64,000 nt of DNA, from assembly GCA_012295275.1 (NCBI GenBank), contig CM022679.1, positions 372,001-436,000 of the forward strand, given 5' to 3'. The position numbers and the translations under genes are program-made. The stretch is from Chrysomallon squamiferum (lineage: Eukaryota; Animalia; Mollusca). The notes beneath the pieces are model-generated. The model had not been told where the DNA came from and searched no databases. It was given only the letters and a program-made list of their open reading frames with translations. Of this stretch, positions 13,301-26,003 are shown one piece after another. Positions within the stretch are counted from its first letter, which is position 1, and every line of letters begins with the position of its first letter.

Positions 13301-16300
13301 TTAAAACAACAACAACAACAACAACATGTAGTGGCAGTGAAGGTAAATAAAAATTATCATCTTCCCTCCATACTCATTTTCATCTCATTTCACATATAGC
13401 ACGTCATTTTTTATATTTAGATATATTTTTTATATTAGCCTACATCATTTTTAATAATTTTTTTATAGATGTATTTTGTTAACCTGTATTAAAAAATACC
13501 ATTAATAATACAAAAGAATTTGGTTGTTGAGGCATGTAATTTTTTTTGGTTGGCTTTCCATTTGCTTACTGTTGAGTTTGCTTTCAAATATTTTGCTTTT
13601 TTCCAGTTTTATTTTTCTGCCTGTTGCATGTCAGATTTCATTTGCACATGTTTGATTAAATCTGCTTGTTCACTATAAGTAAAATAACATGCAGAAATAA
13701 ATTACAGTTCTGAAATAATTTATTAAATTTTTCTCATACGTTATTATTTAAAATATTATTATTTTGCACACATTTTAGTTTTAGTTTTCTTGGTTTCATG
13801 TGTGTAACAGCTTTAGTAAGATTTTTTTTTTCTTTCTCTCTCTCCTTACTCAGACATTCGAGGTGTGCCATCTCGGTCCAAAGATAAGCTTCCAACAAGG
13901 TTGTCCCTGGCAACTAAGGGCTCAGAGACACAGGAACTGGTAACTGATAGCCGGGTCAGTGATAGACTTGCCACTCCCTCTTCTGGAGGGCGGCTCAGTT
14001 TCAAAGGTTCAGGGCTTCCTGTTCCAGTGGGGAGTACAACAGACGGTTCTAAAATAAGGCGTGTAGCTGGAGAAAGTAGAGGGAGAGGGGCCACAGTAAA
14101 ACAAAGACCGTGACTGTGTTACGATGATTCGTACCTGTGATGTGTTAACAGTGCTGGCTCACCACTGTAACCTAGTCTCTTGTAAATACATTTTGATAAC
14201 ACAATTTCAAAACACAAAATTATTTTATTCCAGCTAATATTGTCTGCCAGCTGTACAACTATATTCACAACTTGACTAAATTATTTATACATCAAAAATA
14301 CTTTTTACTTTTGTCTTCCAAAGCATTTGACCTTTTGTGCAATAACTTGCTACTTACTGTCTAGTGAGTTTTAACACTATTTTAATCTGCTGTAGCTTAA
14401 AACATGTAGAAAATATCTCCTTACATAACATATACAAAATGACACTTTGATATTAAAACTGTTCAGTCAGTAATTCATTCTGAGAAAAAACTGGATGAGA
14501 CTTTAAAATTTAACAATGTTTTCATATATCAAAATACAGTGCTGCCCAGTTAAACTTTACTTTTTAACAAGAAATTTAAATAGTGTACTTCCAGTGTGTA
14601 GTTTTTCCATATTCTCAGGTTTATGTTACATACAGCTGTGTATATATTTCTATATTTTCATGCATTTGTATATTTGGAAATTTGGCTGCTTAGTTAATTC
14701 ATTCATTCAACATCCTTTTGATTGTTTTACTTATTTATATTATTTTTTAAAATAATTTTTAGCTTCATTCTGCTCTTTCTTGCTGTTAAATGAATACTGA
14801 GTGAAGTATCACATAAAAAATGTTTGATACATTTCACTTTATCATTGTTTTTATACACTTTAAAGCCTGTAGAAAAAACATGTACTTCTAGACAACTTCC
14901 TCATATTTTATTTAATTGCAAAAGTCACAACATAATGGTTATATTTTAATATTTTTCTGATTAGTAATAATTGAAACAAAATGTTATTTTATTTCACTTC
15001 TGTTTAAATAACAAAACAAATCATATAGTATATTGAATGTAAAATATTAGATTTTTATGGCCATTTATTGTGTTAATATGAATTTAATGCATGGAAAACT
15101 AAACTAGCAACAATAAAAGTAAACAATCAAAACGTAACTCCTGATTTAATTCCCAGAGCTTTTGTACTCCTGTTGATAGTTAAACATTATCTGCGTAGGT
15201 ATGACAGTCTTTGTATAATCTTTATTATACATGTACTTTCTTATCTTGTTATTTTCACACTTGTTAGTACAAAATAAATAATTTAAAAAATGCTAGACAT
15301 GACCTGTTTTAATTACAATAAAAGTAAAAAAATAAACATAAAAACAGTGTGACATTGTGAGAATGTTTGATGTATGTATTTGTCTTTTTAAATATATTTA
15401 AAAGGGTAGACGCCAAAGATGTCAATAAAAGTATAGAACAAAAAGTGTCAAATTTAGTCATAGATGCATTTATGAAAAATGACATTTGTAAAATAATTCA
15501 TGTTAATAAAGAGATGTTTGAAATGAATTTCTGAAATGTTGTCTTTTGACTGATATTGTATGTAGTTTCTTAGAACATGAATAGTTTAAAATCAGTTTAA
15601 CTATACATATAAAATGTATTATCAGTTGAATGTACTAATCATTAATACAAAAGTGTTTAGCTGCCATACACAAGTGATCAGATTACACATACTGATAGCA
15701 AAAAATAGTCCAGATATATTTTGCTAACTTCTAAGTTGTTTTGTCATCAGTTAATGTCAAGTACTAACTAGTTTTGAAAGAATTGTTCTAGAGTTGAGCT
15801 CTGGCAGTCTGTTTATGTAGTGATATCATGACTAGTTTTAAACTCTGTTATTGTATTGTCAAAATTTGAATCATGACTTCAATTATAATCTGATTATTCT
15901 GTTGTCACATATTCCGTAGTAATCAGATTATTGTATTGTCACATGTTCAGTTGTAAACAGATTAGTGTTGTCATGTCTTCAGTTGTAAACAGATTATTGT
16001 GTAGTCATGTCTTGTAAACAGATTACTGTGTTGTCATGTCTTCAGTTGTAAACTAATTACTGTGTTGTCATGTCTTCAGTTGTAAACAGATTATTTGTAT
16101 TGTCATGACTTCAGTTGTAAACTGATTATTTGTATTGTCATGACTTCAGTTGTAAACAGATTATTTGTATTGTCATGATTTCAATTGTATTCCGTATTAC
16201 TGTATTGTCACATTGTCTGCTCTAATCAGATTATTATATTGTCAAACTTTGTTTTCAGAAACATCCCAAAATAAAGAATTTATTAGACCATATATTTTTA

Positions 16301-17037
16301 CCAACACAGATTTAGTTCAACAGTAGGAATGAACAGCTGAAAAGTACAAGTATACAGAAGAGTTTGTATTAATGTTATGACTTGTGAAAAGAGAATACAG
16401 GATTTATTTTCACTGACAAATAAGCTTACTTGGTAAATGGAACAGATGCCTATCCCAGGTTGATTACACTACTGTCTGTTTTGTACTAAGGTGTGATGTC
16501 ACTCAGAGGTCAATGATTGGAACATGTACATAACTATTTATTTAATAAAATAGATTTTATTAGTATTGTATGGAGGCATTTTTGTCAAGGGATATGGTGA
16601 AAAGTGAAAAGTTTCAATGAGGATCTAGGTTGTTTGTATTAATAAACTTATTCTGACACATGCTACACACTGCGGTTACTGATTTTGTCAGGTATAGTGT
16701 TATTCATATACTTTTTAATTGTTATAACAATAGTTTTCAGAATTTGGTGTGAAATGCAGCAGTTTAAAAGTGTTTCAGATTTTACCTGACTTGATTTGTG
16801 TTTTTTGAAGCTACGTCTCCCAGGCCAATGTCACGAGAACGTGAGCGTAGAACAAGCACACGACTGCACCGCGGCATTCCAACAGCAGAACTACAGCGGG
16901 AACAGTCACGCATTTCTGCAGCTCAGATGCAGTCGTCAGTTGTACCACAGATGAATTCTGGGATACGTAGAGGAAGTGCATCGAAAGATGACATACCTGC
17001 ACGATCTGGTTCAGCCAGACAACACATCCGCAAATAG
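1314..17037 (+). CDS. CSNK1D/E: Casein kinase I delta/epsilon (doubletime-like), spliced gene, 417 aa with the conserved tail
   Basis: Exons 1314-1389, 2487-2597, 6327-6475, 6654-6882, 7167-7337, 8197-8345, 9106-9247, 16811-17037 are all GT-AG and in phase (1254 nt). Protein reads [72 protein letters not shown]. Confidence 0.97.
2487..2597 (+). CDS. CSNK1D/E: CK1 coding exon 2
   Basis: [42 protein letters not shown] acceptor and GTAAGA donor. Confidence 0.97.
6327..6475 (+). CDS. CSNK1D/E: CK1 coding exon 3
   Basis: [49 protein letters not shown]. Confidence 0.97.
6654..6882 (+). CDS. CSNK1D/E: CK1 coding exon 4
   Basis: [25 protein letters not shown]...DFGLAKKY...[15 protein letters not shown]. 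Confidence 0.97.
7167..7337 (+). CDS. CSNK1D/E: CK1 coding exon 5
   Basis: [57 protein letters not shown]. Confidence 0.97.
8197..8345 (+). CDS. CSNK1D/E: CK1 coding exon 6
   Basis: [49 protein letters not shown]. Confidence 0.97.
8498..9105. repeat. 56-bp minisatellite, ~11 copies, in CK1 intron 6
   Basis: Unit GTCAGACACATAACACTGGTAATCAGTGTTCAATGTAAACTGTTTGAATTCAGACT starts at 8501, 8557, 8613 and onward. Confidence 0.95.
9106..9247 (+). CDS. CSNK1D/E: CK1 coding exon 7 (start of tail)
   Basis: TTTAG acceptor, open frame [20 protein letters not shown]...SGDFN, donor GTAAGT, phase 0 in and phase 1 out. Confidence 0.9.
12270..12790. repeat. Degenerate ~27-30-bp tandem repeat
   Basis: Recurrent GTATGATTTGTTGA...GATAAT motif. 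Confidence 0.75.
13854..14113 (+). CDS. CSNK1D/E: CK1 alternative terminal exon 8a (novel tail, 428-aa isoform)
   Basis: Long polypyrimidine tract plus CAG acceptor, phase matches exon 7, GC-richer open frame [19 protein letters not shown]...TVKQRP*. Confidence 0.75.
15880..16245. repeat. ~35-bp minisatellite, ~10 diverged copies
   Basis: Unit TTCAGTTGTAAACAGATTATTTGTATTGTCATGAC. Confidence 0.85.
16811..17037 (+). CDS. CSNK1D/E: CK1 terminal exon 8b (conserved tail)
   Basis: [24 protein letters not shown] resembles vertebrate CK1delta [24 protein letters not shown]; phase matches exon 7. Confidence 0.9.
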
Positions 17038-19692
17038 CACATAACAGGTACCATTTTTCCTGTCTTCTGGTGAGTGTGAGTGAAGAGAAGACAATTTAAA
17101 AAACAAAGAAAAAAACAGCATTTTTTGAAAATTCAGTGTCGAGTTTTCAACAAAATTTGATCTCGATGACATACCCAATATGCCAAACAGTGAAGACAAA
17201 TAACTTCCAGTGTGAAGCTATGACAGTTTGCAGTAGTTTACAAAATCTGCTGCTTACATTTAATCACTTTGTAAGTTATCTGGGTCATTAGACGAGTTAA
17301 AATATTTTATAAGTTATCTGGGTCACTAGACAAGTCAAAACAGTTTACAAGAAAAATATCAATATCAGTAAACTACAGAGAAAATACAAAGATTATTAAC
17401 AAACCATGTTTTAGCAGGTTAAAAAATTTACAACACAAAAATTAAAACAGTTTATAACAGAAATTAAAACAATTTATATCAGTGAGAAAATAAATCTGTT
17501 AATAATAGAAAACTTATACTATTTGTAATAGAAAAATTAAAGCAAGAAAAATGTTAAGAAATTAAACAGTTTACATGGAAATTAAAACAATTTACAAGGT
17601 AGAGAAATTAAACAGTTTATAACAGAAATTAAAGATAAGATATAAGTTTAGTCAGACAGGCTATAGAAACTAAATTTGGCGGTTTTAAACATATTTTTCA
17701 CATATAAACAAGATAAGCAGCATGTTTAACTTTAAAAAGTACATTGCTATAAAGTTTTGTAATTGACAGTTTTAAGACAATCTTTATAAACATACAAATC
17801 CAGTGCTGGTCATGTCTGTACAGCATTGTACTTTTCTTCTCTCCCTTTCTTTTTTAATATGTTTGATATTCATTAATATTTTTAAATAAGGACATTACAA
17901 ATATCTCTTGTTTTTATTATTTAATTTTTTTTTTTTATTTTTTTTTTTTTTAAATAATGCTGAGTGGTCATCACATTTATTATAAATTTGTCGCAGCTCA
18001 CCATTTATAAAATAATTTGATAACTGAGAAGACATTTTATGTAAATAATACATTTGTATGTTTGGTAATACATTGTGTGTTTTTGATCTACACTTAATGT
18101 GTGTTTTTGTGTCGTGGGTGTCTGTCATGCACTGTTCATTAAATTATATATATTTTTTGTATATATGTATGTATATGTTAGTATTTGTATGAAAATTTTT
18201 ATTAACAAAACAAATGAAGGTATTGAGATGCCAATCAAAATCAACTGTGATATTTATAACTACTTGAAAGTACATCACATTATGGAGAACATTATAGATA
18301 AATATTCGGAGAACAGTGCCAATTTCTACAGCAGCTTTTGTTATATAGCAGTTTTTTTTATATTAATATCTTGCATTGAGAACAATAATAATAAGCAGAG
18401 CTGATTTAGTTGTCTGTATTAAGGGGAGGAGTTCTGGCTGTGCTAGAACTAGATTGAGAACAGTTACCTAGATGTTACTGTTCAAAATACACGACAAAAT
18501 GGTGATATTAAAACAGCAGTAAGAAATAATATAATAAGAGCTAACACTTAATTGACTTTGAACTTGGTGATTTGTCAATATGCAGGTCACAGGTTAATGT
18601 TATTTAAAAATAGTTTCTTGAAAACACTATCACAGATAAAAGTAAATAATCTCTTTTTATTTGTAAAATCCTTTGGTGCCTTGTTGCGTGCTGAGACACA
18701 GTAACAGAATGGCGGTACCGGTGAAAAACTTACCCTAAGTGTGCTATAACTGTTGTAAGAACACAATATACTGATTAATATGCTCCTATTTTAAAATAAG
18801 TACAGAAACAGAGATGAAAAAAAGAAATTGTGATTTATTGTAAAGCATTTTTAAAAGCACTGTTAAAACTAATAAAACTGTTGTACCATTTTGTTTCTAT
18901 GCAAGTTAAGAATATTTCAGTTTGTTCAGAAAGCAAATTCTAGTCTTTATGACTATGCACAGGTAGTCTTCAGAATAAATTTATTAATTTTTTTTTTTTT
19001 TTTTTTTCCCCATATATGTATACTGATTTCGTGAATTTTAAATTATTATTTTCTTAATTATTAAAAAAAAATATATATTACTGACAATAGACACATTTAA
19101 AAATACTGACTTTTTTAAAAGAAAAACTAACATTTTGATTTTAGTTGTCAAAGATACGGATTTCTTCATCTATTGTAAAGAAGTTTTCTGCAGTGGAGTT
19201 TGAACATGTTGAGGTTTATCAATGTGCTTGTCTTTGTAATTGTGTTGTACGACTTTATGTGTAGTCTAAATAACATGCTGTCTGAGTAACTGAAAATCTA
19301 AGTTACAGTTTCCTTCATCTACACAAAAACATTGATCATCCTTTATTACTGGACAAGTTTGGTTTCTAGTGTTAGCTGGAAATGTACAAAATCATTGGCA
19401 CAGGTTACTCTGATTTTTATTGATTGAAGATTGCAGTATTAATATTGTGTATTAAAGTGATACACATTTTTTATAAAAGATGTCTGATTAATACCTTACA
19501 TGTAGATACAGCAGTGAGTATGTACAACAGTTAAGATACTTATGTCATTCCAAACTTCTGTCACAAAATTTAACTCGTAAATTGTGTTTTATTTATTTTT
19601 GAAGTTAATTCAAAGATAAATATTTTTTGTTTTCAAATACCACAAGAATATTTTGATTTTGATTATTATTATTGTTATTGTTATTGTTATTG

Positions 19693-19723
<31 letters not shown>

Positions 19724-19906
19724 AATTATTATAATTATTATTATTATTATTATTTTTATTTTCACTGTCACTTACTCACTTCAAGAAGAAAAAAAAAGAA
19801 CAAAAAAAAAGAGAGAACTGTTCCACATTGCCAAATCAGTAAAATTATAATGAAAGGTTGTTGTACAGCAAGTTTTTAAATTGTGGTTTGGAATGTACTT
19901 TCTTTA

Positions 19907-19940
19907 AATAAACTAGTGTGATGTATTTGTGTCTGTTTTA
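19907..19940 (+). terminator. Candidate distal polyadenylation signal of CK1 (would give a ~2.9 kb 3' UTR)
   Basis: AATAAA at 19907-19912 followed by a GT-rich element; many other AATAAA hexamers exist in this AT-rich DNA. Confidence 0.3.
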
Positions 19941-21099
19941 TATATTTTATTGTTGTTGCCTTGTTGTTCTTATTATTAATATTTGTAGAAAAATAAACAG
20001 GAAATACGTTTTTCTTTTTCTTTTTTTTTTTATGAATAAAAATTTTTATAACGAGAATAGTAATTATATGATTAAAAAAGAAAATTAATTCTCATTTTAT
20101 TTATTTATTTATTTATTATTTTTATTATTTTAATGCAGAAAGTCGTCATGTGAGATCCCTTCATAATAAGAAAAGTGTTGATATCTTTGTAATGAGAAAA
20201 TTTGCAGATTCGAAGATTTTATAATGGAAAAGTTACTTTTTCCATTGTACGACATGACATATCCATTTAAAGTGCCAAAATAGTTCGTTAGCCAGACTTA
20301 TAAATTTGGACTTCGAGTACCATATTGGTGAATATATCCAATGTGGATTTTTACTTAATGTCCTGTCTGGAGTGTCAGCAGGTAGGTTTTGAACTTTCTG
20401 ATGGCCATCAGAATTTGGCTCTTACGGAATAGGTAACCCACAACGAAATGAATATACACACTGCAACAGACAGAAACCTTTCCCATTTTATTACAGTTTG
20501 AGAAGTAAGTGAACTATAACGTAACATACTCCGCTTAATTTCGATAAGTGTGTAAACTGGTTTTTTGATTGACAACGGTGCCGGATTAACGTAGCTGCAA
20601 CCTTGTGAAATGAACATCTCGTGGTGGTGTTCAGGGGACTGCACGTTTAATTTCAGGTAACATTGATTCTGTTACGTCTCAACTAATATAGTGTTCGTGG
20701 AGATGTGGATGCCCTTAACCCTAAGGACATAAAAGTATTCAGTGAAATAATTCTCCTTGGAATATTATGAATTCATCACTGTTGTAATGAACGGGTGTTC
20801 AAGTACAAAAACGTATTTAAGAAATAGTTGTGAATTTCTTACGGAGCCCAGAAATTATAACGATACCAGGACAAAAGAATGTTAATTCCATATTTTTATT
20901 AAGTAGCAGAAAACTAATGCTCAGACAGTGGGAAGTTTTAAATTTGTTCGGCAGTAAATAAAGGTATATTGAAACAAATATTTATTCTTTTTAGAATGAA
21001 ATACTTAACATTTTCCAAACAAAATTGAATATTTTTAGTCACATATATAATAAAATTCATTTTAGTTTGAAGATTTCGTGACATTCGTTCTCGGATGTA

Positions 21100-21219
21100 T
21101 TAAACTAGTGTACCACGACAGTCGTAACCATGGCAGTCAGCAAAAGGGAATGTGTCTGGTATAATCTGTGTTTCGGTTGTGAACTCCAGGATGCTATCAT
21201 CAACACCTGCAAACGACAT
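21100..21219 (-). CDS. PqaA/AprA-like exon 14 (terminal)
   Basis: MSFAGVDDSILEFTTETQIIPDTFPFADCHGYDCRGTLV*. Confidence 0.9.
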   Translation of the reverse strand: MSFAGVDDSILEFTTETQIIPDTFPFADCHGYDCRGTLV

Positions 21220-23068
21220 CTGCAAAAACAATAAATTAGTGTTTGTAATATTTATCTATTTATTTGTTTGGAAAAGGGGTGTATGTTGCTAACAACAATC
21301 AACGACATGGCAGTTTTGTACTGAATGCGAATGATTTTACCTGAATGAAAAATGCTAACCATCCTTCCATTGGTTTTTCAAATTCAACCATGTAAGAGTT
21401 ATTTCCCTGCAATGAATACGTTTATTTTTTAAATATCTTGATACATTTTTTTTAACGTCATTCCAACTGTTTTATACAGAAGCTAAATAATGAAACAAGG
21501 AACAAGCTTTAACATGAAATGCATAAAAATAGAAAGCCATAGCTGAGATCTCTAAACGATGTCAGTAAACAGAACTGGCAGACGTAAGACATTTCCGTAC
21601 TATTTTTTCGACAGGGGAAGGGCAACAAATATCCCTCATGGTTCAATGGAAGGAAAGGGAAGACGGGAAGAAAAGAAGAATCACAAATTAGAGAACAACA
21701 CTGACTCGAAGAACAGAGAAAACAAAACGCACATGAACACTGATACTGTACACAGAAATATGTAACAGAACATAAATTACGTAATAACTTGTTATACGTT
21801 CAAACAGAAATATGTAACATAAAATAATGTAATAAATTATTGTTCTAAGACAACAAAAATACCAAATCCTGAACGTCATGATGATTCCAAATAACCGGAT
21901 GTGGATACGGTTTACCGTCTGCTCCACGAACAAGAAGGCGGAAGTCACGTCTATAATAATAATTTATTAGAAAAAATTATTTGAAATTTGGAGGCAATGA
22001 ATTAGTCTGAAGTGTATAAAATACATTTGAAATGTTTTCGTAACTGAAATTAACTGAAATACCATTAATCCGTTCCATCCACCCCAAAACCACCCAGTTT
22101 TTTGTAACGTGCTTTTAAATAAGAAAAATATATGCATAAATGACAAATATTGTATCAAAACAAAATAAAAGAGGATGTAAAGAAATACATTGGTTTTGTA
22201 AAGTGTACAGGATTAGGGTTTCTCTATCTTTTCAAGGACAGAGGTCCGCAGCTTAGAAATTAATATAACTCCTTTGGCTAGAGTTACAGCTTTTATCGAC
22301 TCCTGCTTCAGTATGGTACATTTTGTAGGAGTATTACGCTCGTACTGCCTAGCCATGTTGACTACACGCACACCTCACTCATGTTTTTCGATGATTTCAT
22401 GCTTTAATTCAATGGACATGATCCGCTTCTTCTTCTCAGCACTGTCCTTTGCACTCACTTTCTTTCGATCCATGGAAATTTGGCAAAATACTGCACAAAG
22501 CGCGAGTACAACACAGCAGAGATGCTTCCACGGCGAGGTAACCATGTGAAGCAAACGAGTGAGACGCGGGATGATGGGTGGATGTTTTGTTGTTCGTTGC
22601 GCCAACTAGCGAAGCGTATCTGAAGTTCGCTCATAACTCTGATTTTGGTTCGCAGCTCAAAGCAAAAATTGACCGTGCCACTGCTCGTAACTCGGAAAAC
22701 TCGTAAGTTCGAGCATTCGTAACTCGAAGTACCAATGTATATACATACATACATACATCTATATGTAGGACGAGATGGAGATATTTCTTATGTCTGTGTA
22801 GGACATGATGGAGATATTTCTTATGTCTGTGTAGGACGAGATGGAGATATTTCTTATGTCTGTGTAGGACGAGATGGATATATTTCTTATGTCTGAGTAG
22901 GACATGATGGAGATACTTTTTACGTACCTAAGACCGTCTAATGTAAGGGCGAACATCGCATCCACTTTCAGGGGGGCAACATTAGAATATAGAGTTATCC
23001 GCCCTCCTGTTAAAGTCTATGAAGAGAAGAAGAAAAAAAAGGAGAATAAAAGTAAATGTGTTTGTGAT

Positions 23069-23164
<96 letters not shown>

Positions 23165-25870
23165 TTTTTATTTGTAATCTTCTTTTAAAATAATTTCACA
23201 AAATCTGCACTTTGTATTTGAGAAGAAAAGTTATTTCTTTTATTACACTTGTTTTCATTCTCACTTACAACTTCACGCTTCCACGACACTTTGGGTAAAG
23301 GTGTTGCCTGAAACGATAATTAAATTTGAAATGAAATCAAAACAATAACAAGACGGAAAGAAGCTATAGCGTATATAACTAATAATTGCAAGTATAATTA
23401 TATTTAAAAATATGTATACATACATCTGCTTTTATTTAATACAGATATTTTACTGTTTAGTTAATAGAAACGAATAATATCTAATACTAGTAAAGAAAAG
23501 AAAACGTTTATTTAGTGTATTAATTTTTACTTAATATAGACGATTACTGAATTTTTGTTCATTTATTAAGTGATCTAATAAAACACTGAATTCAGTTTAT
23601 ATAACAGCATCTCATGTACTGTATTTATGTAATAAAATGTTCCTTCGTTTACGTAATGAAATCTTATGTAGATATGTAAAAACAAAAATAAATAATAAAA
23701 AATAAAAAGAAGAGAAAAAAGTAAAACCCTGAAAACAACAGCAACAACAAACAAATCAAGAATACCCCCAATCCCTCCCCAAAAAACAACAAAACAAGTA
23801 GGCCTCATGCACGTGAAAGTAGGATGAAGTTTTTTTTTAATGTTATTACAGCCAGCAGAGTACCTGTAACACTGGTAGATAGTGCAGTCGAAAAGACAGA
23901 GATCTTCACATACCTGGGTAGCGCTACTGATATAGAGTGGCACAGACTCGGAAGTTACAACTTGGATCGGTAAACTAGGAGAGGAGCATTTGTACCGTCA
24001 CGAAAATATCCTTTTTCAGTTACACGCGAAGCAAGTTTCAGTGTCTGCTGCAGAAACGATGTGGAAGACAACTAATATCGCCAAAAATGGAGTTCAGATT
24101 TTTAATAGCATTTGTCTAAAAATAATCATCACTATCAGCAACATCGACAAAAGATAACACACCGACTAGCAGCAGAAGATGAAATAAAATAAGACGGTCA
24201 GGTCGGATCGGGTATACGATCTCAAAATCAACTTCATCTATACATATCATGACTGACATGGATTCCACAAAGCAGGCAGGTGAAAAAGGAGACGTTCAAG
24301 GAACACGTGGCGAACAAACCTCAAACTGCGTTTATGTAATACAATTCGTGCATTGTATTTATATAATAAAACTTGTGTTCTCTATTTATGTAATAAACCT
24401 CGTGTACTGTGTTTATGTAGAAAAATTCGAATACTGTGTTTATATAATAAAACTAGGGTACTATGTTTATGTAGACAAATTATAAAACAGTGTTTATCTA
24501 AAAAAGTCGAGTACTGTGTTTATGTAGAAAAATTCGAGTAGTGTCTTTATGTAATACACCTAGTGTACTGTGTTTACGTCGGAAAATTCGAGTACTTACT
24601 GTGGCCACAGACAGGAAGAAACTTCTCATTGAAAAGAAAATATCTAGTTCGTGCCCGGCACAGCTGTGTTCAGCATTTGGTAGAATTCTGCAAATACCCA
24701 TGATAATATACTCATCAGTACACACATTCAGAAATACTTATGCTTATTTACACTTTTTGTTTTTTAAATAACACCTTCATTACAATGAGTTACTGAAAAT
24801 AACGTCTCTTAACCTGTTGAAAAGTATTCAGTCGCGTTTCAGACGAATTATTTCTCTACTTGTAATTTCTCTACAGTCGTATCAAATATCAGACAGCATT
24901 CACTTGTAATAACAGTCGTATCAAATATCAGACAGCATTCACTTGTAACAACAGTCATACCAAATATCAAACAGCATTCACTTGTAACAACAGTCCTACC
25001 AAATATCAAACAGCATTCACTTGTAACAACAGTCCTACCAAATATCAAACAGCATTCACTTGTAACAACAGTCCTACCAAATATCAAACAGCATTCACTT
25101 GTAATAACAGTCGTATCAAATATCAAACAGCATTCACTTGCAATAACAGTCGTATCAAATATCAAACAGCATTCACTTTAATAACAGTCGTATCAAATAT
25201 CAAACAGCATTCACTTTAATAACAGTCGTATCAAATATCAAACAGCATTCACTTGTAATAACAGTCGTATCAAATATCAAACAGCATTCACTTGTAATAA
25301 CAGTCGTATCAAATATCAAACAGCATTCACTTGCAATAACAGTCGTATCAAATATCAAACAGCATTCACTTTAATAACAGTCGTATCAAATATCAAACAG
25401 CATTCACTTGTAATAACAGTCGTATCAAATATCAGACAGCATTCACTTGTAATAACAGTCGTACCAAATATCAAACAGCATTCACTTGTAATAACAGTCA
25501 TACCAAATATCAAACAGCATTCACTTGTAATAACAGTCGTACCAAATATCAAACAGCATTCACTTGTAATAACAGTCGTATCAAATATCAGACAGCATTC
25601 ACTTGTAATAACAGTCATACCAAATATCAGACAGCATTCACTTGTAATAACAGTCGTATCAAATGCCTACATTAAACTTAAATATAGTAGTTACATAATA
25701 ATAAAAATTCAAAACATTTTGCTTTTATTATTTTTCTTTCATCTGGAAAATAATGAAAGGATCACGGGAAGAAAAATCATAACTTTTATAATTTATCCTA
25801 CATAAAGACTACCCGTATATGTATCCCCCAACAAACACACCCATGTAAACTGTGTTTAGTTACCCTGTGT

Positions 25871-25904
<34 letters not shown>

Positions 25905-25918
25905 GTGTGTGTATTTAG

Positions 25919-26003
<85 letters not shown>

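Noticed and set aside
13846-14094. 82-aa antisense ORF over CK1 exon 8a
   Set aside because: Shadow frame of a GC-richer coding exon; the plus frame has the acceptor and phase support
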